From Pseudomonadota bacterium (GTDB taxonomy: Bacteria > Bdellovibrionota_B > Oligoflexia > Oligoflexales > CAIYRB01), in the NCBI GenBank assembly GCA_031416315.1, contig JANOTL010000050.1, forward strand, positions 1 to 36,943: a stretch of DNA of 36,943 bases, written 5' to 3'. The notes below the pieces were generated by a model that worked only from the letters and a program-made list of their open reading frames with translations, ran no database searches and was not told where the DNA came from. Below are positions 8,742 to 17,459 of this stretch, in pieces (position 1 is the first letter of the stretch; every line of letters begins with the position of its first letter). The position numbers were made by a program, and so were the translations under genes.

Positions 8742-10013
8742 ATGTCGACCGCCTGGTATCGCGACGTGAACCCTTCGCAGTGGCGCACCCTCGCCGCCGC
8801 GGCGGCCGGCTGGACGCTCGACGCCACCGATTTCGTCATCTACGTGATGGCGATGCCGATGATCGCCGCGGAGTTCGGCTTCGGGCCCGAGACCTCCGGC
8901 CTGCTCGCGACCGTGACGCTTCTGACCTCCGCGGCCGGCGGCTTGTTCTTCGGCTGGTTCTCCGATCGCTACGGTCGCACTCGGGCGCTGATGGCGACGA
9001 TCCTCGTCTATTCCCTGTGCTCGCTCGGGAGCGCGACCGCCACCAGCGTCACCGCGCTCGTCCTCTGGCGCGCGGCGCTGGGCATCGGCATGGGCGGTGA
9101 ATGGGCTGCCGGCGCCGCTTTGGTCAGCGAAAGCTGGCCCGCGCGTCACCGCGGCAAGGCGATCGGTCTCATGCAGTCGGGTTGGGCGATCGGCTACATC
9201 ATCGCCGCGTTGCTCGCCGCCACCGTGCTACCGACCTTCGGCTGGCGCGTTCTGTTCGCGCTCGGCGTCTTGCCCGCGCTCCTCCTGCTATGGATCCGTC
9301 GCGCCGTGCCCGAGCCCGTGAGCCGGAAGAGCCATGGGAGCGGCAGCTTGAAAGCGCTCGTCTCCCTAACGCGAAGGCCGCTCTCGGGTCGCGTCGTGCT
9401 CGCCATCTCGCTCTCCGGCTGCGTGATGTTCGCGTACTGGGGCCTCTTCACCTGGCTGCCGAGCTACCTCGCGAGCCCGATCGAAAAGGGCGGCGTCGGC
9501 CTCGGCCTGGTGAAATCGACCGCGTGGATCGTGCCGATGCAGATCGGCGCCTTCCTCGGCTACGTCAGCTTCGGCTTCCTCTCCGACCGCTTCGGCCGCC
9601 GGCCGACCGTCTTCGCCTTCCTTATGGGTGCCGCGATCCTCGCGCCGACCTACGGTCTGCTCGCGCGCTCGCCAATGGTGCTCCTCGTGCTCGGGCCGCT
9701 TCTCGGCTTCTTCGGCCACGGCTTCTTCAGCGTCTTCGGCGCCCTCCTGGCCGAGCTCTTCCCGAGCTCGGTGCGCGGCACGGCGCAAGGGCTCTGCTAC
9801 AACGCCGGCCGCGCGCTCAGCGCCCTGGCCCCCCTTACGGTCGGCGCCTTGGCGAAGACCCACGGCATCGGGGTCGCCCTCTCCCTAACCTCGGCTTTCT
9901 TCGTGGCCGGAGCCTTGCTGATCTGGCTCTTCCCGGAAACCAGCCGTCGCGAGCTCGACCAAGAGCCTGATTTACAGCCGAGCGCGACCCGCGCCGATCC
10001 CGGGAACTCCTAG
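8742..10013 (+). CDS. MFS transporter (NanT/sialate- or aromatic-acid-symporter-like)
   Basis: MFS motif A in both halves (GWFSDRYGRTR, GFLSDRFGRRP); GIGMGGEW; ELFPSSVRGTAQG; about 12 TM segments. Confidence 0.93.
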   Translation: MSTAWYRDVNPSQWRTLAAAAAGWTLDATDFVIYVMAMPMIAAEFGFGPETSGLLATVTLLTSAAGGLFFGWFSDRYGRTRALMATILVYSLCSLGSATATSVTALVLWRAALGIGMGGEWAAGAALVSESWPARHRGKAIGLMQSGWAIGYIIAALLAATVLPTFGWRVLFALGVLPALLLLWIRRAVPEPVSRKSHGSGSLKALVSLTRRPLSGRVVLAISLSGCVMFAYWGLFTWLPSYLASPIEKGGVGLGLVKSTAWIVPMQIGAFLGYVSFGFLSDRFGRRPTVFAFLMGAAILAPTYGLLARSPMVLLVLGPLLGFFGHGFFSVFGALLAELFPSSVRGTAQGLCYNAGRALSALAPLTVGALAKTHGIGVALSLTSAFFVAGALLIWLFPETSRRELDQEPDLQPSATRADPGNS

Positions 10014-10074
10014 GCGTCTCCGGCACTTCACCCCGCTCAGTAAAGCTTTTCGGCAGAATCGCCGATAAGAGATC

Positions 10075-10344
10075 ATGTTCCGAGGACTTACACGGTGCCT
10101 AGGCCCCCTCTTCGCCGCGACCTTGATCGTGGCGCTCGAGTCGACCCCACCGCCCTCGGACGGCACCGAGCCCGACGTCGAGGCCGCGCCCTCGGCTCCG
10201 GCGCCTGCTCCCGCGCCCGAAGCCGACGCCCCGTCGCCGGCTCGTCAGTCCGTCTCGCCCGCAACGCGCAATCAGCCCGGCTCGCGGCCTTCGAGGCCTT
10301 CGAGCACGAGATTCCCCTTCGCGTCGACGCCTCGCGCCGCGTAG
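10075..10344 (+). other. Possible gene remnant: hydrophobic N-terminus plus Pro/Ala-rich linker that runs into the opposite-strand gene
   Basis: MFRGLTRCLGPLFAATLIVALES...PSAPAPAPAPEA; the last 73 bp overlap the ligase gene on the other strand. Confidence 0.3.
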
Positions 10345-11342
10345 TCGCCGGTTCGGTAGCGTAGGAGCGGAAGAAATGGGTTCCGCCCGCCTGTCAGCGT
10401 CACCTCGCCGCGCTCGCCCGCCGCACAGGCCATGCCGTCGGCTTGCAGGAGCTCGACCGTCAGATCGGGCGCAAGCGGGGTGAAACCCGTCGGCGTCGCG
10501 TATGCGATCGGCCCCGCCTCGTTCATGGAATAAACGTCGACGACGGGGCAGGCAAACTGCGCCGCGAGCTGATCACGCAGCCCGGGAGCAAGACTCATGG
10601 CCGTCGACAGCAAGGCTTTCGGCTGGATCTTCGGCGAAAGCCGCAAGAGCTCCGAGAACGCCAGGGGATCGCCGGTCAAGAGCTCGGCGTCGATGCTCTG
10701 CAGGAAGAGGCGAGGGTCGTGCGGGCTGCGCCAGTCGTCGGGCTCCAGATTCAGTTTTACGAACAGCGCATGGTCGAGCTGCGCGAATGCCGAGACGAAC
10801 GAATGCGTGTGTTTCTGCCAGCCGAGCAGGGCCACGCCCACTGGTCGCGCGGTGCCGCCTTCGAGCGTCACGCCGTGACGGCCTAGCGCGCGCGCCATCA
10901 GCGGCAGATACTTCGCCACGGCCTCCGGATGGGACGGCACCAAGAGCGGGTGGCCGGTCGTCCCCGAGGTCGGATAGGTGATCAAATCCGCCAGCTCGGC
11001 CGCATCCGGAACGAAGCTCCAAGGCTCACGGGCCAGATCTTCGCGCGAGACGGTGGGCAAGGCCTCGAAGCCGTCTTCCGGATGCCAGCCCTTCGCCAGG
11101 CGACGATAAAGCGGCACGTCGCGCACGGCTCGCCCCGCGAAGGCGTTACGCTCCTCGCGCGGCATCGAGAAAGGCGCCTTCGCCAGAGACTTCCCGAATG
11201 CCTGTACGCGCTGCAATGCCGCGGCGTCGAGGCGCTCGCCGGCGCGGTGGTTCCACTTCGGCGCATGACGATGCTGCCGCAATGCTTCAAGGCGCTCGCG
11301 GCCGGCGTCGTCCAAGAGCGGTTGTCGGTCGCGCTCCTTCAT
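10272..11342 (-). pseudogene. PaaK/CapK-like adenylate-forming ligase, C-terminally truncated
   Basis: Motifs TSGTTG, YSMNEAG and LLRYRTGD are present, but the stop falls three residues after the EGR hinge, so the small C-terminal subdomain is absent. Confidence 0.65.
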
Positions 11343-11947
11343 TCGCGCATCCCTTTCGCCGCGCCTTCTTCCGCATCCTTGCGCACCATCGCCTCGCGCA
11401 CCGCATCCGCGCGGCGCAGGACCGCTTCCTCTTTCGCGCGCAGAACGGCGGAGAGGTGCTGCTTGGACGCGCTATTCAGCGTTTCGAGGCGGTTTTCGGC
11501 CTCTTCCTGCGTCTCGCCCTCGACCAAGGCGCCGAGCGCCGCCAGCGCATGCCGCACGAATTCCTCGCGCCGCTCGGGCTCGTCCAGCAACCTGGCCGGC
11601 TCGACGACGGCCGCAAGGGAGCGCAGCGGCTCGCCGAGGAAACGCGCGACGCTTTGCGGCGTGCCCGCCTCGCGCGGCAGCTCCGGATCGCGGAGGAGCC
11701 AGGCGGCGAAGAGAACAAGGCGAAAATGCCGCGCGCGATCCGGATCGAAGACGGTCCCGGGCTCGAAGGGCTCGGTCATCGGCCAGGAATCCTCGGCGTA
11801 GCCGAGCTCGACCAGGAGATCGCCGACGACGACGTCGACTGCGACGACGCCCTCGGCGCCGACGCGAGGCGGAGCCAGAAATTCGGGGGGACAGGCGGCG
11901 AGGCGGGCGACGAGGCGCTCGAGACGGAGGCCGGGGACGGTTTTCAT
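11339..11947 (-). CDS. Hypothetical helical protein, 202 aa, translationally coupled to the ligase gene
   Basis: ATGA overlap at 11339-11342; GC3-rich codons; coiled-coil-like C-terminus. Confidence 0.8.
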   Translation of the reverse strand: MKTVPGLRLERLVARLAACPPEFLAPPRVGAEGVVAVDVVVGDLLVELGYAEDSWPMTEPFEPGTVFDPDRARHFRLVLFAAWLLRDPELPREAGTPQSVARFLGEPLRSLAAVVEPARLLDEPERREEFVRHALAALGALVEGETQEEAENRLETLNSASKQHLSAVLRAKEEAVLRRADAVREAMVRKDAEEGAAKGMRE

Positions 11948-12235
11948 GGCCAGACTATCCGTGCTCCGGCGGGATACTTCAAGAGCTTCGCGCGCGGCAC
12001 GACCTTTCCTCTCAAAGCTCGGAGACCTCGCCCATCGCCTTCGTGAGCGCGTCGAACCGATCGACGCCGAGGAGGGCCGAGACCAGGGTCAGCTTCTCCC
12101 GCGGTACGGCCTTCCCCTCCAACCGGTTCTCTTCGTGCCCGCGGCCGGCCACTTGCCGCTGAAGGTCGAGCTCGAGGCGTGCCGCGACGCCGCGTGGGAT
12201 GCGATCGCACGCGGCGCGCCGTGGCCCGAGGACTG

Positions 12236-12847
12236 CTATACGCAGCGGCGCCAACTCAGCGAGTAGCGCTGCGTGTACGGCCCCTCTTCGATCGTGTAGA
12301 GGCCGCGCCGGTTGGTCGGAAACGGCCGCTCGCCGTTGAGCTGGACCTTCGTCGCGAGATTCAGCGCGCGCTGGCGCAAGCACGGCGACCATACGAGCGC
12401 AGTGTCGGCCTTCGCGGTCTCGATCAGGTCTCGATTGAGCGGTCCCGTCAGGTTCGAGACGAAGTGCGCGCGCTCCGCGACCGGCGCGCCCTGGAAATAG
12501 ACGTACGCCTCGAGCTTCGACACGATCCCGGCCTCGAAGGCGACGTAGCTGCCGCGCGTCTCGAAGCCGGTGACGGCGTAGCTCCAGCCCGACGGAACGA
12601 CGAGGTCGAGGGCGAAGCTGCAGGACCGACGCGAGACGGAGATCGGAATGCCGGGGCCGAACTCGGCGATGAACTGGTCGAAGGCCAGCTCGAGCGTGCC
12701 GGTTCGCGTCAAGTTGGCATCGACCGTACGCGACGGGCAGCCCGTGCCGGCGTAAGCGACGGAGCGCAGGACGACGCCGGCGGGCGCCGGCTCGGCGAAG
12801 GCGGGAGCGGCGAAAATGAAGCTGAGCAACGCAAAGTGACAAAGCAT
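12236..12847 (-). CDS. DUF4360-family secreted protein
   Basis: Signal peptide from ATG 12847; YAGTGCP, FDQFIA, RRSC...VPSGWSY, WSPC and terminal WRRC are typical of this family. Confidence 0.85.
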   Translation of the reverse strand: MLCHFALLSFIFAAPAFAEPAPAGVVLRSVAYAGTGCPSRTVDANLTRTGTLELAFDQFIAEFGPGIPISVSRRSCSFALDLVVPSGWSYAVTGFETRGSYVAFEAGIVSKLEAYVYFQGAPVAERAHFVSNLTGPLNRDLIETAKADTALVWSPCLRQRALNLATKVQLNGERPFPTNRRGLYTIEEGPYTQRYSLSWRRCV

Positions 12848-13107
12848 GGTGTTCCCCGAGTGAGTGAGGTGGCGTATGGGAGCGAGCAATCGCCACAAAA
12901 GCAAACGCCATGCCGCGCTCAGCCCCGCTTCGAGCGGTCGCTCGGCGCGCAGCGCGGTGCGTTTCTCGACCGCGATCGCGCTAAGATGCGGTGAGATGCA
13001 GAAAGCGCCCTCAGCGCTTCCGCCCCTCCCTGCTTCAGCGACAAAGCGGCAGGCCGTTTTATCTCTGAAGAGAGGCGGGGCAAAAGCGCCGATCGGCTTC
13101 TAGGAGC

Positions 13108-14457
13108 TCAGTGCGCCTTAGCGGTTTCCGGCAGCTTGCCTTCGGCGAGGGCCGCGTAACGCGCCTTCGCCGCGGCGGTCCAAGCGTTCAGCGCCTGATT
13201 GCGCACGACGCCGTCGCTCCACTTCGACGCGAGAAGGGTGAGCTCGGCTTCGGTGGCGAAGGGCGCGGTGAGCGCCTTCACCATCTCCGGCTTGGCGCCG
13301 TCTTGCAGGACGCGCCGCCAGGCGCTTTTCAGGCTGGCGTGCGAGTCGACGAGGACCGCGCCGTAGAGATCATTGAGGGCGTCACGGATCACGCCGGCTT
13401 TCTCCTGGTCGAGCGCCAAGAAGCCCTTCGCGAGGAAGGGGTTCTGCAGCTCGAGCCGTTTGCCCTCGGTCTCCTCGTAAGCCTTCGGGCTGATCGCGAG
13501 CCGGGCGAGGTTGGCGCGGCGCGGGCCGCCGACGCTCCCCTTCGGCAGGATCCAGATCTTCTGCGCTTCGCGCGTCATTAGGAAGTCGACGAAACGCTGC
13601 GCGGTCTGTACGTTGCCGCCGCCTTTGACGAGGGCGATCGGATCCGGGTCGAGCACCGTCTGCTTCTCCGGCAGGACGAAGCCGATTTTGTCGGCGCCGA
13701 GCTCCCACACCTGCGCGAGGCCGTAGAAATCGATGACCATCGCGGCGGCGGCGTCGCCGGCGGCGACCGCATGCACGGGGTCGGAGCTCGACTCGGTGAA
13801 CCGGCGCGTGTTGGCGGCGACCTGCGTGAGCGTCTTCCAACCCTGCTCCCAGCCCTCCGCGGCCAGGACGATCATGTTCATCGTGCTGTTGGTGCCGGAT
13901 TTGCGCGGGTCGGTGAGCGAGACCTGATCGTTCCATTCCGGCTTCGCCAGATCGTCCCATAGCTTAGGCTCCGGAAGCTTCTCGAGCGCGAGTACCGGCT
14001 TATTGAAAACGATGCCGAAGGACGAGATGACCGTCGCGTGCCAGCGATTCTGCGAGTCGGAGAGCGCCACGCCGCTCAAGGTCGCGGGCACCTCGTCGCG
14101 CGCCTCTTTCGGCAGGGCGTAAGGCTGGAGCAGGTCGCCGTTCGCCATGTCGACGAAGTTCGCCGCCGTGCCGCCCCAGAAAACGTCGATGCCGACGCCG
14201 CCGCCTTTGGCTTTCGCCGAGGCCGACTTGGTCTTCAGGTATTTGACGGCGTTCGAGGTGCCGCCTTGGTCGATCCATTCGACCTCGACGTCCTCGCCGA
14301 ACTTCTTCTTGTAGTAAGCGCCGAAGGCCGGGATCAGCTCCTCTTGGATCGTCTTGCGATGCGGCGACAGGACGATGAGCTTGCCTTCGGCCAGCGCGCT
14401 TTGCGCCAAGCTGGACAGGGCAAGGCTCGCGGCGAGGGCGAAGGCGGAGCGAAGCAT
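13108..14457 (-). CDS. ABC transporter substrate-binding protein (Fe3+/thiamine-like class); no permease or ATPase adjacent
   Basis: Signal peptide from ATG 14457 (GAGG SD); LIVLSPH, IDVFWGG, DPRKSGT, IDFYG and AQRFVDFLMT. Confidence 0.88.
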   Translation of the reverse strand: MLRSAFALAASLALSSLAQSALAEGKLIVLSPHRKTIQEELIPAFGAYYKKKFGEDVEVEWIDQGGTSNAVKYLKTKSASAKAKGGGVGIDVFWGGTAANFVDMANGDLLQPYALPKEARDEVPATLSGVALSDSQNRWHATVISSFGIVFNKPVLALEKLPEPKLWDDLAKPEWNDQVSLTDPRKSGTNSTMNMIVLAAEGWEQGWKTLTQVAANTRRFTESSSDPVHAVAAGDAAAAMVIDFYGLAQVWELGADKIGFVLPEKQTVLDPDPIALVKGGGNVQTAQRFVDFLMTREAQKIWILPKGSVGGPRRANLARLAISPKAYEETEGKRLELQNPFLAKGFLALDQEKAGVIRDALNDLYGAVLVDSHASLKSAWRRVLQDGAKPEMVKALTAPFATEAELTLLASKWSDGVVRNQALNAWTAAAKARYAALAEGKLPETAKAH

Positions 14458-14627
14458 GCTGAATCCTCGTGAGTGACGTAGGTCGATGCCGCGTTCTAGC
14501 AGAGCGCGGCGGCGGCCGAAAGCCATACGGGATCCGCATCTTTGCTTGCTCGCAGTGACCTGGGATTTTCGTCGCGGCGCCGGCATACTTCCCCATCACC
14601 CTCGTCAAAACGTCCTGCTGGAGTTGT

Positions 14628-15173
14628 ATGCCAATGATTTCGCAGATAATTTTACTTGGCGCGCTGCTGTCCCCGACGCAAGGCGCGCTTTCGGGCCTTT
14701 ATGACGCGCTGGTCGCGCCCGACGCGGAAAGCGAGTTCGTCCTCGCCAAAGGCGAAGCGCGCATTGCCGGCGAGCCCCAGCACCTGGTCAGCGGCATCCT
14801 GGTCCGCGAGGCAGGCCTGATCGAAGGCAGCGGCATCACGCTGGAAAACTTGGTCGTCAAAGAGCTCGGCGCCGACGCGCGCGTCGACGCGATCGTCGCG
14901 GCGCTCTTCAAGGAAGGCGGCCACGTCCCTTACTTCTGCCACCGGTTCGCCGGTCTGGAAGCCGAGTGGGAAAAAGCCGACGAATGCATCGCGCGCGTGC
15001 GCGAGCTCTTCGCGCCGCTCGCGGTCGACGTCAGCAGCCAAGTGGTCGTAGTCGACGTCGAGGGCGATTATTATGGCGCGAACCGCTGGGTGACGATCTA
15101 TGTGGGCCGCGCGGAGGAGCGCTTGATCGGCGAGTACGTGACGTTCAAGTTCGATCTTATCCACGAGATCTGA
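14628..15173 (+). CDS. Hypothetical secreted protein, about 180 aa
   Basis: GGAG SD; signal-like N-terminus; GC3-rich codons; fills the gap between opposite-strand genes. Confidence 0.7.
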   Translation: MPMISQIILLGALLSPTQGALSGLYDALVAPDAESEFVLAKGEARIAGEPQHLVSGILVREAGLIEGSGITLENLVVKELGADARVDAIVAALFKEGGHVPYFCHRFAGLEAEWEKADECIARVRELFAPLAVDVSSQVVVVDVEGDYYGANRWVTIYVGRAEERLIGEYVTFKFDLIHEI

Positions 15174-15215
15174 GCGGCCGGCTGGCGGGAGACCGCCGCC
15201 ACCCCGCACCCAATC

Positions 15216-16598
15216 TCACGCCGCCGAAATAGCCCCGTACTGCGCCGCAAACCGCGGCTGCAGCTCGTTGTACTGCCGTGCGTAGTTTAGATCCGAGGTG
15301 ATCTTCGGCGACCAATAGGCGCCGATGTCGCTCCAGTCCAAAATCGAGATGCCGAAGACTTCCTGAAGCTTCGCGCCGATGTCCAAGCCCTGCTGCGACC
15401 AGGCTCTCTGCGCTTGCTCGATCTCGACGAACTTGGCGAAAGGCACGGGCTCCGGAGCATCCGGCGCCGTCCCCGCGGCCGTATTCACGTCGCTCGCGAC
15501 GCCGCCCGCTTGCGCGGCCTTGGCAAACTGACCCGTGCTGCCTTCGGCGAAGCCCTGGCCGTATTTGGACATCAGGTCGCCGCCGGCCATCGGGTCTCTC
15601 GTCATCGTCTCTTGCATCCGTGCCTGCCAGGTCGCATCGACCTCGCCGTACTTCGCGTCGTCCAGACCGTATTCGGCGAGGAGCGCGGCCCGTGCCGCAT
15701 CGTCCTTGCAACGCGCCCGACGCGAGGCGACGACGCCGTACGTCCTCACGTCGAGACCGTGGACGTCGGGAAAGCTGGGCGCCGCCGCCTTCATCTGCTC
15801 CTTCGAATGGCGGCCGGTCGCGTTCAACGCCGACTGCGCCAGGAGGTCCGGATCTTTGCCGGCCGTGTACGCGTCTTTCACCCGTTGATAGTGGATGTGG
15901 TCGCGAAAGCCCATCTCGCGCATCTTAGCCTCGTAGGCGTCGTCGCCGCCGTGGATGCCGGTGTGCTCGAGCACCTTGATGCGGTAGAAGAACTCTTCGG
16001 GATCGATCTGGTCCCAGCCGTTCCAGTCGGCGCCGGTGACCGGACGGTCGTAGTCGTCGGTCGGCGCCTCCACCATGGGCGCCTCAGCCTCCGCGGGCGG
16101 AGCTGAAGGCATCGGCGGCATGGCGCCCATTGCCGCGCCGCTCGCGAGACCGACGTCGGCAGAAGCGTCGGGAGCCGCCGGCATCGCCGGCATGCCGGCC
16201 GCGTCGTCTGCCGCCGCCGGCGCGCCCGGCGCGGGCTTATTGAGCTTCTTGTCGACGGCCTTCGAGGTCGCTTTGCCGGCGGCATTGCCGATTGCCCGGC
16301 CCGCGTGGGCGGCAGCGAGGTCGCCGACCATGTCGCCGCCGACCGCGCCCGCGAGGTCGCCGACCAAGCCGCCTCCGACGCCGCCGGCGACATTCTTCGC
16401 CAGGCTTCCGGCGGCGCCGCTCATGCCGGCCTTCGCCGCGGCCTTCGCCTTGTCTTTCAGGGCGCCGAGGCCGAAGCCTTTTTTCTCGGGCTTGGCCTCT
16501 GGAGCGGGGGCGGCGGCGTCCTTCGGCTCCTCCTTCGGCTCGTCTTTCTTCGTGACCTTCGCCGTGATCGAGCTCTTGGGCTTGTCTACGCTAGGCTT
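15216..16598 (-). CDS. 3' part (-1 frame) of a frameshifted membrane-protein gene: low-complexity linker plus repeated helical domain (DUF6620-like)
   Basis: Coding-quality frame continues upstream of ATG 16424 to the A12 tract (KPSVDKPKSSITAKVTKKDEPKEE...). C-terminal repeats such as HGLDVRTY...YGLDDAKYGEVDATWQARM and FGISILDWSDIGAYWSPKI. Confidence 0.75.
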   Translation of the reverse strand, partial: KPSVDKPKSSITAKVTKKDEPKEEPKDAAAPAPEAKPEKKGFGLGALKDKAKAAAKAGMSGAAGSLAKNVAGGVGGGLVGDLAGAVGGDMVGDLAAAHAGRAIGNAAGKATSKAVDKKLNKPAPGAPAAADDAAGMPAMPAAPDASADVGLASGAAMGAMPPMPSAPPAEAEAPMVEAPTDDYDRPVTGADWNGWDQIDPEEFFYRIKVLEHTGIHGGDDAYEAKMREMGFRDHIHYQRVKDAYTAGKDPDLLAQSALNATGRHSKEQMKAAAPSFPDVHGLDVRTYGVVASRRARCKDDAARAALLAEYGLDDAKYGEVDATWQARMQETMTRDPMAGGDLMSKYGQGFAEGSTGQFAKAAQAGGVASDVNTAAGTAPDAPEPVPFAKFVEIEQAQRAWSQQGLDIGAKLQEVFGISILDWSDIGAYWSPKITSDLNYARQYNELQPRFAAQYGAISAA

Positions 16599-17308
16599 TT
16601 TTTTTTTTCGTCCATCGAGAGGCTGCTCTCGCTGTCCGCAAAGGCGCTCTCGTGGCTCGACTCGAAGTTCAGGTCCGCGCCTTCGCCGCCGCCGCCGGCC
16701 GCCTGCTTCTTCTTCCAGAAGACGAAGCCGCCCGCGCCCACCGCCGCCATCAAGAGGAGGACGACGACGATCGTGCCGGCAGAGGACTCTTCCTCGAGAT
16801 CTTCTTCGCCGAACTGCTCGTCGAGCTCCTCGCCGCCCGTCTTCGCCGCCATCTTGCCTGGCGATTTAGCGGCTTTGGTGGTGGCCTCGCCGCTGGCCGA
16901 GCCAGAGTCGCTGCCCGAGGCGGTCGCCGCCGAGCCGGAGCCCGATCCCGATCCCGCGCTCGCCGTGGAACCGCTGCCGCTGCCCGCGCCCTTGGCGGTG
17001 TCCTTCTTCGTCGCGTCTTTTTTCACCGAGGCTTTGGCGTCCTTTTTGGTCGCGTCCTTCTTGACGCCTTTGCCGACGACTTTGCCCTTGGCATCTTTTA
17101 GGACGACGGCCTTGCCCGGCTTCGCGCCCTTCTTGCCGGCGATGGGCTTCGCGACGCCCTTCTTCGCGACGGGCTTGGCCTTGGCCTTGCCCTTCGCCGC
17201 AGGCTTCGTCTTGGCCGGCTTCGCCGCCGGAACCGCGAAACTGGGTGCGCCGCATAGCGACAGCGCGCATGCGAGAAAGAAGGTTTTGAGAACGTTCGCC
17301 TGGATCAT
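16586..17308 (-). CDS. 5' part (0 frame) of the same gene: signal peptide, Lys/Ala-rich histone-H1-like region, GS linker and one TM helix; 240 aa if unshifted
   Basis: ATG 17308 MIQANVLKTFFLACALSLCGAPSFA; PAAKPAKTK repeats; TM segment TIVVVLLLMAAVGAGGFVFW followed by KKK; stop three codons after the A12 run. Confidence 0.8.
   Translation of the reverse strand: MIQANVLKTFFLACALSLCGAPSFAVPAAKPAKTKPAAKGKAKAKPVAKKGVAKPIAGKKGAKPGKAVVLKDAKGKVVGKGVKKDATKKDAKASVKKDATKKDTAKGAGSGSGSTASAGSGSGSGSAATASGSDSGSASGEATTKAAKSPGKMAAKTGGEELDEQFGEEDLEEESSAGTIVVVLLLMAAVGAGGFVFWKKKQAAGGGGEGADLNFESSHESAFADSESSLSMDEKKKSLA
16597..16608 (-). repeat. A12 homopolymer (T12 on the + strand) at the frameshift junction
   Basis: GAC G-AAAAAAAAAAAA-GCC TAG; a length of A13 or A10 would fuse the two frames. 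Confidence 0.9.
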
Positions 17309-17459
17309 GACCGGGACCCCGCCGTGGCACGGAGATTGGAAAGTGGGACCATCCCGTGATCGGTCGCGGTCGCGAGAAATTGAGCGCCGGCCCTTCGACG
17401 TCGCTTGGCGCTTCGGCCAATCTCGCGCGAAGTCTCGACGCCGATCCGCGGCTTTAGCC

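Noticed and set aside
11946..12266. Small ORFs in the gap between the 202-aa gene and DUF4360
   Set aside because: No frame on either strand shows a convincing start, SD or consistent coding signal; left unannotated.
17324..17340. Sigma-54-like TGGCAC-N5-TTGG, and TGGCAC at 29392
   Set aside because: The -12 GC is missing in both, and the first points away from the adjacent gene.
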